This document shows, piece after piece, positions 50,460 to 62,560 of a stretch of 64,000 nucleotides of DNA. Position 1 is the stretch's first letter. The number at the start of each line of letters is the position of its first letter. The stretch covers positions 620,001 to 684,000 of the forward strand of contig CAUYUJ010000002.1 of NCBI GenBank assembly GCA_963575745.1. The letters are read 5' to 3'. The notes under the pieces were generated by a model. The model made no database searches, had not been told where the DNA came from, and saw only the letters and a list, made by a program, of their open reading frames with translations. This DNA is from Prorocentrum cordatum (taxonomy: Eukaryota). A program made the translations under genes and the position numbers.

Positions 50460-51124
50460 GAGGAGCGACTGATCGCACGGAGCGCGAGTCCTCCGCACGG
50501 GTGGAGAGGTGGCGGCCGCGAATGCCGACCGCGCGGAGCGCCGGCGCCGGCGCGCCAGCGCAGGCGCAGGATGATCCCGTGGAGCGGTTGTTCCGCGCCC
50601 TGGACGAGGACGCCGACTCGAGGATCTCCTTGGCCGAGTGGCAGCAGGCCTTTGATGGCATAGACAGGGATTGCGACGGCATCATCACGCGCAAGGAGTT
50701 CGCGCTCGCGGGGGGCGAGACGCGCATGTTCGACTCCCTCGACCGTAGGCACAGGTGCGCCCTGCGGCGGACCGAGTGGCAGGCCGCGTTCCTGAGCGTG
50801 GACGCAGACCAGAGCCGCGAGATCACGGTGGCTTGACATCGCTCGGACGTGTGCATTCATTTTTCTCTGCGAGGACCATCGAGGAGCATCCTGGATCATC
50901 GTGGGGAAAATACACACGACATCGAAAAGTGCACATGGAATAAACGTCCGAGCGATGGCCAGGTGGCGGAGTGGAGGGAGTGGGTGAGGAACGCCACCAG
51001 CAGGGTGGGCCTCTCGGGCCAGCAGGTGCAGCGGCTGGCGGAGGCCCTCAGGGGCAACGCTGGCGGGGGGTATAGGCTCAGGGGGGGAGGCATCGACCAC
51101 CAAACGCCCACTGATCGTTCGTAG
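50460..51124 (+). CDS. EF-hand Ca-binding protein; exons 50460-50827 and 50963-(51124)
   Basis: Loops DEDADSRISLAE, DRDCDGIITRKE, degenerate DRRHRCALRRTE, and DADQSREIT|VAE completed only by splicing; upstream acceptor cccacag|g at 50459 (in-frame ATG at 50522). Confidence 0.8.
50828..50962 (+). mobile_element. Introner: 129-bp MITE (family C) plus 6-bp TSD forming a 135-nt GT-AG intron
   Basis: GGTGGC at 50827-50832 and 50962-50967; TIR ttgacatcgctcggacgt / acgtccgagcgatggcca. Confidence 0.9.
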
Positions 51125-52668
51125 GGGCCATCAGGCCTAGGAGTGTGCGGTTTCGCCATCGCGGGTCCATGGCCGACCTGTCGGCGTTTCATCGTCGATT
51201 CCAGCCCGATGCCCCCCCCCCCCTGAGCTGGCCTTTCCCCGTGACATCCTCCCTGTAACTCTGACGTCGTGTTTCCTATTCACAGCGCGGACCCCCAGAG
51301 GTCTCGATCCGTTTCTCAGGGCCGGATTTTTACTCCGATCCGCTTGGAGGGGCATCCCGGTGCCAGGCGAGGGCCCCCGGAGGCCAGATCTTTGCCAGAA
51401 ACCTCCCGTCGTCTGATTCTTCACATCGAGCGGACGCGGGGGGCCCTCGCCCCCGCGGCTGGCGACGGTGCGCAGACCTCCGCGCCCTGGGGGGCGGGGC
51501 GCTGCGGAGGAGGAACGGGGAGGAGACTCTGCGAAGGAGGCGCGGGGAGGAACGGCGAGAAAGAGGAGAAAGAGGATGGCGGGAGGGACGAGGCGGAGCG
51601 AGGAGGCGGAGAGAGGAGGAGGAGGAGGAGGAGGAGGAGGAGAAGGAGGAGGATGGGAGTGGAGGAGTCGGAGGAGGGAGCGACCCCCCCTGAGTTCTGA
51701 CGTGGCGAAGGAAGTCTGCAGCGTCACGAAAAGTCATGACCGGAGCCTCAGACCCCACCTTTCTGCGCTATGTTTCGAGCCAGGTCGGTGTGCGACGGAC
51801 CTGGGGCCCGAAGCCGGGTGAAGACATCGCAGTGCAAGGACCTCAAGGAGGGGAAGTGAGAGTGGGCAGGCCGCCTCCTCCGAAGGCGGTGGAGCTTTCA
51901 GAAGCCCTGGCGCCTTCTGAGAAGCTTTCTAAGCCTTCCCCGTAGACGGAGACGGTCTCTCCAGAGGCTGGAGAGCTTTGAGAAGGCCCGCCGCCTTCTA
52001 AGAAGGCCTGCCCCCTCACGAGCGGCCGACAAGCAGAGCGCCTCCTGAACCCAAAGATGGTCCTTGCTTCCCCGATTGGTGTCCGCCCTCTTTGCGCCGA
52101 AGTAGAGATGCCAACCTGTCGATGCCTTCAGGTCCAGGCCCGTGCTTCTTCTGGCCGCGCAGGGGTGTCTGGGATCGAGGGGGTCTCTCAGGTGCAGCAC
52201 CTGGCGGAGGCCTGGGACGAAGACGGGCGGGGTGGGAGGATGGAGTGAGGGGGGAGGCGGAGGAGGCGGGAGGGGTAGAGGAGGCGGAGGGGGCTGAGGG
52301 GGGAGGAGGAGGAGGAGGAGGAGGAGGAGGAGGAGGAGGAGGAGGAGGAGGAGTGAGGAGGAGGAGGAGGAGGAGGAGGAGAAGAAGATCGGTAGGTAGA
52401 TAGGCAGGTGCCGTCCCGAAGAGAACTCCATGCTGGCCTGCGGGCTCGGGTCCTTCGGCAGAGGGCCGCAGGGCCACGGATGCGACTGCGCCGGCTCCAC
52501 GACGTCCGCCCAGGATCAATCGATCGGAAGCATGTCAGAGGCGACGATAGGGGCGAATAGCCCAGGGAAGAGCTATACATGTATCCAGGGGCGCCGATGA
52601 TCTATGTCTTCGACAAGGCTCCCGGGCGAATAGGTGTGGGCATTGGATAACGGTGGGGGCGTGGATTA

Positions 52669-52836
52669 CGGTGTGGGCATTGGATAAGGAAGCCTCAGAT
52701 AAGGAATCCAGGGTTTGGAAGCCAGTGGAACTCCAATCGTGGATCGGCCATGGATATCATCGCCGCCCTCATTGGATAAGGAATCCTCCAGGGTCTGGCG
52801 CCTCCTGGGACTATTCCTTAACAAACGCCTCCACCG
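52669..52836. mobile_element. MITE family F inserted after a TA of the 8760-type element
   Basis: Reverse complement of 29006-29173; flanks match the uninterrupted site gggggcgtggatta|gcgacgggtcccg at ~8783-8810. Confidence 0.8.
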
Positions 52837-53220
52837 TCACGACGGGTCCCGCTTCCATGGTAGACCGCGGATTTCCGCCGCCGAACACGGCGGCACTGGC
52901 CGCATTTAGGGGATGGCTCCTCCCCGGATCCCCGGATTCAGCGACCGCGCGCCAAATCCATGGATTGCTGATCCATGTTTGCGCGCCCCCGATTGGGGAA
53001 AGGGCAGGCTCGCTCGTGCGGGGGGGAGGGGGGCAGGGCGGGGGGGGCGGCCCGCGGCTGCCTGGCCCGCTCCTGCTCGCCTCCGAACCCTGGCCTGCGC
53101 GGAGGAGCCGCACCCTCGCCCGAGGAGCGCCGGGGAAAAGGGGGGGAGGCTTGAGTCGGGCATGCCCCCCTACAGGAGGACTATTCAAAAAAAAGAGATC
53201 GTCAGGGGACGATGTTTTTT

Positions 53221-53318
53221 TCCCAACCATCCTGTGGTGTTGGGTCCTCGTTTTGAAGAGACAGCGCCCCGCGTTTCCTCCTTCCTCCCTCCTCCCCTCC
53301 TCTCATTACCATCAGCAC

Positions 53319-53361
<43 letters not shown>

Positions 53362-56300
53362 TTCATCATCATCACCATCATCAGCAGCAGTCCTCGTGCA
53401 ACTCCCTCAAGAACACGATCTCTCTGAAGACGTTTTCGAAAGGATCAGGGAAATCAAAACTCTCATGTTTGAAGCAGGCAAACTGAGAAAAAAACGGTGT
53501 TTCCTCCACCCCCCCCCGAATCGCGGGCGGAAACCTTGCCGTGGGCGTTCGCGGTGAACCGTGCCATGAAACGCCAAGACTCGAGGACTGTCCTTTCTGC
53601 CATTCATGCGGTCCCCGAGATAGGAACGTTCATCAGCACTGCGCCGTTGATGTGGCTGGACAAGCCCGCCTTCCACAGCTTTTCTGCCGCCCGCGGTCGT
53701 GCTCTCCCTGAAGAGCAGCTCGATGAGGTTGAGAATGGTCATCGCGCCTCTGCTTTCACAAAAGCTACCCGCAAACAAAGGAGTGCCCATCTCATGGCCC
53801 AGTGGGCCACCAGATCGCGTAGATTCTATATGTCAGGCGCTTCCCTTCCAGACGGTTCAGTCGAGTTCGAACCTCATGCTGCTGCCGCCGCTCTCGCACG
53901 ACACTTGGGGTGAAGTCCATCGCGACCATTCGACTCACACCGATGACCAAGAATGGTTTCTTCAATTTGCGCATGCCCGTCCATTCGACATCGATTGGAA
54001 GATCCCCTACCCCCTGTTCTTAAAGTATATCGAACAGCTTACGGACTCCAGCCCTGGCATCGATGGCGTACCATTCTCTGCCTGGCAAGCCAGCGGTAGC
54101 ACTGGCCTTAGTTCGCTGTACAGCTTCTACCTTGCCATCCTCGAGGCCTGCGAGGTCCAGGAGGACTTCAACACTGGGCTATGCGTTTTCCTGCCCAAAG
54201 TTTTCGGTGCTGAAGGACCCTCGGGTGTTGAAAGGTACCCTGAAACCACTCGTCCCATCACCCTTAACAATACCGGCATGAAAATCATATGTGGCCTCCT
54301 CAACCTTAGCCTTGCTAAAGCTGCGGAGTCCATTTGTGACGCCCACCAGAGAGGTTTCATAAGAGGACGCAACTCGTCCGACAACATCGACGGCTTTCTC
54401 GCGTTTGAAGCTGTGTTCCACGCGAACACAGAGGTAGGCTGCGCGTTCTTCGATTTCACCGCGGGGTTTCCCTCCCTGGACCATGGCTGTGTTTGGAAAG
54501 TCTTGTTGCGCATGGGTATCCCTGGGGCCATAGTTCGCGCGTTTCAAAACTTTTCCAATGTTACCATCAAGATTATGTTTGGAGGCGTTATTTCTGACGG
54601 CTTTCCTCTGTTGCGCGGAGTACGTCAAGGTTGCCCGCTCAGCGGCTCTTGATTTGCTTTTGCTCTTGACCTCTTCGCGCGCGCCCTGCTTGCCAAGCTC
54701 CCGGCTGACACGGGCGAGCTGGGCGCTTTCGCTGATGACATAGGTATCGTTTGCCGAGATGTGTTTCGCCAGCTGCCTGGCATTATCTCCGGCCTCCAGC
54801 GTCTAAGCCGTGCATCTGGCCTTACTGTCAATTGCAATAAATCTGTCATTGTCCCCTTTCGCTGCGACAGGGAAGCTGCTCTTCAGAAGTTCTCAGTACA
54901 CGGCCTAGACAATGCGGGGTTTAAGATCGATGACCGTGCAAAATACCTTGGGGTAGTGATTGGTCGTTCGGCGGCATTGCGCCCATGGCATGCCCCATCT
55001 TGTAAAGTTGTGTATCGTGCTCGACAAGTGAAAGCTGCTGGCCTGTCGCTATTAAACTCTATTGCCAGATTCAATTATGTGGGGACATCGGTCCTCCTCT
55101 ATGTCGGCCAGTTTTTTCCCGTCTGTCGTGAGGTTCGTAATGCTTATCGTGAAGCTGGACAGCTTCTCGCCCACAGCCCCAGATTCTCTATCCCTCACCT
55201 TGCGCTCCTCAAGCTCGAAGACCTCCAGCTGAAACCAAATCTGCGGGACCTGGGGTGCGAAGTCCGTGCCTCTATGTATCGGAATGCGCTTAAAGCTGCT
55301 GCATACCACCGCCAGGTTGGGATATTTGAGGAGCTATGGGAGGATGGGGACTACGTTGTGGCATGCAAATTTCAGCCTATGTTTCGTGACTCGACCTTCT
55401 TCTGTATTCACGAAAACGTTAAAGCTCTGTCTACTATCCCCGGTGTCCCTGTAAATTATTGGAACGAATCACACTTTCAGAGGCCTGTTTGCAAGCAAGC
55501 ACTTGTTTAAGTTGGACTCCAGACATGTTCGCGAGTCCCTTACTTTTCGGCTTAAGTACTGGAATCTAGAGCTCTCGCTTCAGGAAGTTGATACTGCGCT
55601 AATTCGTTTCGGGCGGGCTGCCAAACAGCTTGCCCCATTCGTTTTCATCGCCACCTTGAAAACGTGGACTAACAGTTGGAATGCCGCTGCTCGATACAGG
55701 AACCGAGCGACCCGCTGTAGATTCGGGTGCAGCTGTGAAGGTACCGACACGATGAAGCACTACCTTCGCTGCCCGCCCGTACTGTCTTGTCTCCGTCTTC
55801 TTATGCCTGCGCTTCCGTCATGGTGGGGGGGGGCCGTCTCATTCTCTGCCGCCTCTGGTCTTGCTGCGCCGCCCATCCCCAATTCCGACTCTCTTCTCTC
55901 CCTGTATATCGCCACGGATGCGATTAACGTTGCGTTTAATTCTCTCTGAGCTCGAGATATTATTCCTAGAGCCGCCGCCGCCTCCACGGTTCACGCCAGG
56001 GTAAGGGCCCTGTGTCGTAAGTGCGCCCGAGTGCGATGTCTGGCTGCTTCGCGAAGGAGAAGGACTGCCGCGGGGGGGAGTCCGCATCACCATCATCAGC
56101 AGCAGCAGCAGCATCATCAGCAGCAGCATCATCATCGTCATCGTCATGTCAGCATGGTCAGCATCATCATCATCAGCATTCAGCGTCATCGTCAACTTCA
56201 TCAAAATCATCACACGTTTCGTTTGCCTATAGGTAGCTCCACGAAGGTCCCAATGGCGCGGTTGGCATGCGTCTCCCCCCCCCCCGTACAGCGTTTCGTG

Positions 56301-58126
56301 GCCCCACTGGGAGCGGCACCGAAGGTCCCCGTGGCGCAGTCGCATGCGTCTCCCCCACCCAGTACAACGCTTCGTGGCCCCATAGGGGCTCCGCCAAAGG
56401 TCCCAGTGGCACAGTCCGCAAGCGTCCCCGCCATTCATTCGTGCCCACTCCTACACGTTTCGTGGCCATAGGAGCTCCGCCGAAGGTCCCAGTGGAACAG
56501 TCCGCATGGCGTCCCGCCATTTTTTCATTTCGGCCCTCCCCCTCGCACGTTTCGTGGCCCGTAGGGGCTCCGCCGATGGCCCCGTGGGGGCAGTCCGCAT
56601 TGCGCCCCCGCCGTTCATTCGGACACACCCCTCACAGTTGGAGGGCCCATAGGGGGAAGGGGGGGGCGCCTTTGACCCGGGGGGACGGCCAGTGGCACAG
56701 TCCGCATGCGGCCCCGCCAGTTGTCGGCACACCCAACCTCACACGTTTCATGGCCCCTTAGGGGCTCCGCCGAAGGTTTTCCCTGGGGCACAATTCGCAT
56801 TTGCGCCCCCGCCACTCATTTCCGGCCCACCCCCCACATTGTTTCGTGGCCCCATATAGGTCTCCACCGAAGGTTCTCAGTGGCACTTCCGGCACGCGTT
56901 CCCCGTTATTACATTTCGCACCCCCTCACACGTTTCGTGGCGCCATAGGGGCTCCGCCGAAGGTCCCAGTGGCACAGTCCGCATGCGTCCACGCCACTAA
57001 TTTCGGCCCACCCGTCATACGTTTCGTGGCCCCACGGGAGCTCCGCCGAAGGTCCCAGTGGCACAGTCCGCATGCGTACCCGCCACTCATTTAGGCCCAC
57101 CCCTCACACGTTTTCGTCCTGGACCAATAGGCAGTCCAGTCGGTCAGTGGCACTGTCCGCATGCGTCCCAGCAATTCATTTCGGCCACCCTCGGCACGTT
57201 CCGTGGGCCCAGTAGGGGCCCGGCCCCGTAGGGGCTCCGCCGAAGGTCCCCGTGGGGCAGTCCGCATGCGCCCCCGCCACTCATTTCGGCACACCCCTCA
57301 CACGTTTCGTGGCCCCATAGGAGCTCCGCCGAAGGTCCCAGTGGCACAGTCCGCATGCGTCCCCGCCATTCATTTCGGCACACTCCTCACACGCTTCGTG
57401 GCCCCATAGGGAACTCTACCGAAGGTCCCCGTGGCGCAGTCCGCATGCGTCTCCCCCGCCCAGTACAGCGCTTCGTGGCCCCATAGCGAGCTCCACCGAA
57501 GCGCCCAGTAGCACCGCCCGCATCCGCCCCACACCCAATTTGGTTTTTTTTAACTACCCAGTACAGCGTTCCGTGGCCCCATAGGGAACTCAACCGAAGC
57601 CCCCAGTGGGACCGCCCGCATGCGTCCCCCGTGCACAATTTGGCACTGTCACCCACCCAGTACAGCGTTTCGTGGCCCTATCGGGAGCTCCACCGAAGCC
57701 CCAGTGGGACCGCCCGCATGCGCCTCCCACGTATCCAGTTTTGCACGTTCACCCACCCAGGGCAGCGCATCGTGGCCCAATAGGGAGCCCCACCGAAGCC
57801 CCCAGTGGGGCCGCCCGCATGCGTCCCCCACATCCAATTTGGCATTTTCACCCACCCAGTACAGCGCTTCGCGGCCCCATGGGGAGCTCCACCGAAGCAC
57901 CCAATGGAACCGCCCGCATGCGCTAATGTGGTAGCTTCGCCCACCCAGTGCAGCGCTTCGTGGCCTCATAGGGAGCTTCAGCGACGGCCCCAGTGCTACC
58001 GCCCGCATGCGTTCCCCCCCCGCCCAGCGCAGCGCTTCGTCGCCCCATGGGGAGCTTCAGCCGAAGAAGATATTCACAATTGCGGTACCCACAACTTCAT
58101 ATGGTTGGGTCCTTTGCCAGGATAAT
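53221..58126 (+). mobile_element. Helentron/DINE-1-like non-autonomous element B with ~85-95-bp tandem array (56215-58060)
   Basis: 5' cccaaccat plus adjacent IR (tggtgttggg), microsatellite, tandem array, 3' atggttggg then tcctttgccagga; same ends at 59491-60030 and 62561 (minus). Confidence 0.65.
53391..56084 (+). pseudogene. 5'-truncated LINE (L1/Tx1-like) reverse transcriptase, with stops and frameshifts
   Basis: SPGIDG, RPITLNN, QRGFIRGR, DFTAGFPSLDH, GVRQGCPLSGS*, FADD, KYLGV, CRFGC..HYLRC; flanked by 21-bp direct repeat catcaccatcatcagcagcag (53370-53390 / 56085-56105). Confidence 0.9.
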
Positions 58127-58357
58127 GTGTTGCATAATTGTTTCACTGTGCTTCATGGTTCCTCCGAAATCCGCTTGTTAGGGGACATACCCGACCCAAA
58201 ACTTTTGCCCGATAGGCGCCAGGGGGGAGGCCTGGGAAGAGGCTCCCTGGCGGGGACTTATTCGGCAAGGGCCCCTCCTCCCTGTGCCCCCGGCCTGCCC
58301 GCGTCGACGCCAGCGGCAGCTGCGGGAGCAGGAGAGCGGGAGGGGGGCACGTGCAGG

Positions 58358-58514
58358 GTTAAGTCGGGCCTGTCCCTCTACAGGGGGGAGATTCAAACGT
58401 ATTTATAGTCTGGGGACGATTTGCTTGCATTCTTGAATTATATTTTATATATTTTGGGGGTATGTGTTTTTTCCCGTCCAAAATCCCCCTGTAGGGGGAC
58501 ATGCCCGACCTAAC
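58358..58514. mobile_element. MITE family A with TGCAGG TSD
   Basis: tgcagg|gttaagtcggg...cccgacctaac|tgcagg. Confidence 0.9.
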
Positions 58515-58819
58515 TGCAGGGTGCGGCTGCGGGGGATGCCGCCGCATCGGGTGCAGTTCTGGCGACGAGCCCACGAGCGCTCGCCCCCTGGCGTGGGTAA
58601 GGTGCGCGCAAGGCGGAGGCGAAGGCGCGGCGAGCGACCCTCGGGCCTTGGAGCGTGTCCGTGTGCACTCCCAGTGGTCAAGCCTGGGGCACATCGCGCC
58701 AGACCCCCCCCCAGGGAAAGGTGGGGGAGTTCCGATGCAATTCCTGGGAAGGCAAAGTCTGGCTTTGCCCTGGTCCGAAATCCGGCTTCTTCCCGCTCAA
58801 ATCCCGGTTAATCCCCGCT

Positions 58820-60560
58820 AGCCCTGCTCAGTGCCGCTTGATCCGCGGCCGAATCCAGCGTAGTAGCCCCCCATTGGGGCGTAATCCTCCTTGTTCTTTC
58901 CGACGAAGACCTCCCAGCAGTTGCCTCCTAAAAAGAGCGGTCGCGTGTGCAGGGCTAGCTCTTGGACCAGTTGTCTCCGACAACGCTCTTCCACGATCTC
59001 CAGGCTGGCCGCTGGCCAGTCAGGCAGATCCCAGGACCCCAGTAGATGCAGCGATGCTCGCCACCGCGTGCGCCCTGGCGCCAGGTGCGCGCACGACAGT
59101 TGCTTGTAGAGATCGGATTCCAGCAACCTCCAAAGACCCGCCCGCCTCGAGGCGACGTCTAGGACCGCGCACCCCGAGCCCGACAGCGTCCAGCCCAGCT
59201 CAGCAGAGGCTGGGGCCGCCTGCTTCATGGCGGGCAGTCGAGGAATGTCCGCACCCACGTTGCAAATAGCGTTCGTCCGCTCTGGAGGGGGCCCTCTCCG
59301 CAGTGGCATACAGCCACTTGCCAAAGCGGAGCGATGGATCGATCTTGGACTCGAAGGACCTGGCGGCCGCGGCCAGGGGGTTAAGTCGGGCGTGTCCCTC
59401 TTCAGGAGGAATGTTCAGAAATAGTCCAACAATAGTATGGGGGCGATGTTTTGTCTATGTCTGGCTATGTTTGAGTTTTAGTTCAATGTGTTCCCAACCA
59501 TCCTGTGGTGTTGGGTCCTCGTTTTGAAGAGACGGTCCCCGCGTTCCTCCTCTCCTCCTCCCCCTCCCTCCTCCCCCTCCCTCTTCCTTCTTCCATGCGT
59601 TTGGGACCGTCCGCATGCGTCCCCCACACACGATTTGGCATTGTCACCCACCCAGTACAGCGCTTCTTGGCCCCATAGGGAGCCCCACCGAAGCCCCCAG
59701 TGGGGCCGCCCGCATGCGTCCCCCACACCCGATTTGGCATGTTCACCCACCCTTTACAACGCTTCGCTGCCCCATGGGGAGCTCCGCCGAAGCCCCCAAT
59801 GGGACCGCCCGCATCCGTCCCACACGCCCAATTTGGTATTGTCACCCACCCTGTGCAGCGTTTCGTGGCCTCATAGGGAGCTTCACCGACGGCCCCAGTG
59901 CTACCGCCCGCATGCGTTCCCCCCCGCCCAGCGCAGCGCTTCGTCGCCCCATAGGGAGCTTCACCGAAGAAGATATTCACAATTGCGGTACCCACAACTT
60001 CATATGGATGGGTCTTTCGCCTGGATAATTTATGTGTTGTTCATCAAAATCCGCCTGTAGGGGGACATGCCCGAGCGAAGGCCAGGGGTAGGAGACCGCT
60101 GGAGGCCTGCCCCGCCAGGGCAGCACGCTGCGCGGATGCCGCCCCCAGGCGGGAACCCAACGTGGCGCTCCAGGGACAGGCTCCAGTTCCATTGGCAGTC
60201 CGAGCCACACGTGCGGCCAGGGCATACGAAGCAGATTGGGCTGCAGGCCGCGCAGCGGGAGGAGCACTGGCGGGGCAGCTGCTCCTGCGGCTCGCGCGTG
60301 CTCGCCTCCGTGGGCCACGATATCCGATAGCATGTTGAGCAGGCGTGCTGCGTGAGGAAGTCCCCTGGCGAAGAGCCCACCCCGCCATCACCGAGTGCAA
60401 CTGCTGAGCGGCTCCGCGCGAGGACGCCAGCAGCACGGAATCGTCCGCGTGGGTGATGACCGCCAGCCGCGTCGTCGCGATAGAGCGCCCAGCGTTGCGA
60501 TGGCAGAGAATTCTAGGTCCACCTCCGCAACCTCTCTCATGGCGCCAACATCGCAGAGCG
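58820..60560 (-). pseudogene. Degraded LINE RT remnant interrupted by MITE A+B
   Basis: THADDSVLLASS..AQQL..VMAGWA (YADD-like), HVWLG (KWLG-like), then DLYKQLSCAHLAPGRTRW resembling the LINE C-terminal Cys motif. Confidence 0.5.
59380..60080. mobile_element. MITE family A containing a short element B (59491-60030)
   Basis: TIRs as in other family A copies; gccagggg on both flanks (59372-59379 / 60081-60088). Confidence 0.8.
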
Positions 60561-62223
60561 GATCTCGTTCAAAAAACGATCGGATGGACCCGGAGTGTCT
60601 TGAATAATTTCGTTCCAGATTTCGAGGTGAATTTCGTGCGGATTTTGTTGGCCAGGGATGTAAACTAAGAAAAATCCACGCGAAATCCATTGCGATTTTC
60701 ACTCGCCGCTTCGGGGTTGTGCATGGACAGAAATCCGCGCAAACCTCCGCTGCAGCACGTCTGCACGGGAGCGTCAGCGTGAGCGGGAGCGGGAACGGCG
60801 CAACCTCCAGTTGGGAGGAGTGGAGCGCCGGGCTGTTCGGCAGTGCGGGGAGCAGCGCCGCGGATGCCCACCCAGGCGGGGGGGGTGCTGGCCCCATGTG
60901 CCCACCCCGCGGCCTGCTGCCCGCAGCATCTTCGCCAGGGAGGAGGAGGAGCGAGGAGGAGCGAGGAGGAGGAGGAGGAGGAGGAGCGAGGAGAAGGAGC
61001 AGCGAGGAGGAGGAGGAGGAGGAGCCGGGAGCGAGGAGCGAGGAGTGAGGAGGAGGACGAGGAGAATGAGGAGGAGGAGGACGAGAGGGATCCTGTGGCG
61101 GACTACACGGCCTTACTTGTGCATGGTAAAATGCGAGAAGGAGGAGTGACTGACGAGCTAGGGGCGGCGATGCCACTGGGGAGACACAGGTTTCAGGGAG
61201 GGGATGAGGAGGAGCAAGAGGAAGAGGAGGAGGAGGAGGAGGAATAGTATATATATATGCGTGTATACAAGACTGCAGTGGCGCTTCGCGCCATGCACCT
61301 TGGTCCTTGAAGTTTGGTATGCAGGCGGACTGGCAGGAAGTTCCAGCCAACAATTTAGCGATAACTCCTTGTTGCCTTTTCCAGTATCGCCGCTAAAATT
61401 ATGTTATTCGTTATCCTTCCTCCATGTTTCTTTCTCCTCGTTCTCGCCATACCCTGCGCATTTTCCCCATCCTCCTCAGCTCTTTTTGCGGAGGCTCCTC
61501 CTTGGAGAGCCTCTGGGGGCCTCATAAAAGTTTCAGGCTTTCTTAAGGCCTTCTGGAGGCCTCCTGGGCGTGCTCCGGAGGTTCTGGGGGCTTCCTCGGG
61601 CCACCCTGCCTCAAACCGCGGTCTCCCTGAACGACCGGGTCTCGATTTGGAATGTTTCGGAGGGTGTCTTGGGGCCGTCTTGGGCCGCCACGGGGCTCTC
61701 TTAGGGCCATCTTTGACCCCTGTTGTGCCGTTTTGGGGCTCTCTTGGACTGCCTGGAAGCCTTTTCGGATGGTTGTGGGGCGATGTTGGAGCCTCCCAGG
61801 CGGCTTCGGACGCCCAGAAGATTGCCGTATTGGAGCGTCGGGAAGCCGAAAGAGGAGAACCCCACAGTTCACCAAAAACCCGCAGAAAATCAATGATGTT
61901 TGCCTCTTGGGGCCTTCTTGGGAGTGCTCTTGGAGGCTTTTTGAGGCCTTCGGGGCAGTCCTGGAGGCCTCTTGGGTTATCTTGAGGTCACGTCAGTCAC
62001 TCTTGGAGCGCTCTTGTGCTGTCTTGGGGGACTCTGGGACGTCTCCGATGACCCCCCTGATCACCCCAGGTGTGCTGGGAAGACTTGGCAAAGCGCCCTG
62101 CGAGGCCCAGGGGGCCGCTTCGAGGCCCGTCCGGAGGGATCCAAAGCCCCAGATCCTGGGAGTCCGTTTTTTTTGGGGGGGGGGGGGCCGCCTGGGCTTA
62201 TACAAATATAGGAAGAGGAATAC

Positions 62224-62256
<33 letters not shown>

Positions 62257-62560
62257 AAGAAAGAGAGAGAGAGAGAGAGAATGGAGGAAACGAGAAAATG
62301 GAGAGAGAGAGAGAGGGAGAGGGAGAAAAAAAGAGAGAAAGAGAGAGAGAGAAGACAAACAACAATACCTGTCAAGGAACCAAGATGCAGTCAGCAGCCA
62401 GCGGCGCAAGCGAAGAAGGATTAGGAGGAGGCGGATGAACGAGGGGCGAAGAGCGAAGAGGATGAGGATGATGATGATGATGATGAGGATGAGGAGGAGG
62501 AGGAGGACAGAACAAGAGAAAGAGAGAGACAGAGAAACAAAAAGGAGGCAGCGATAACAC

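Larger units (their letters stand above)
53150..58200. mobile_element. MITE family A expanded to 5 kb by nested insertions
   Basis: Left TIR gagtcgggcatgcccccctacagg; right TIR cttgttaggggacatacccgacc. Confidence 0.7.

Noticed and set aside
54650..54652. TGA recoding (selenocysteine/Trp) in the LINE RT
   Set aside because: The position aligns with Leu in the GCPLSxxLF motif and the element also has frameshifts, so ordinary decay explains it
56215..58060. CRISPR array
   Set aside because: The units are homologous along their whole length with no unique spacers, and there are no cas genes; the same applies to 41205-42325 and 62630-63790
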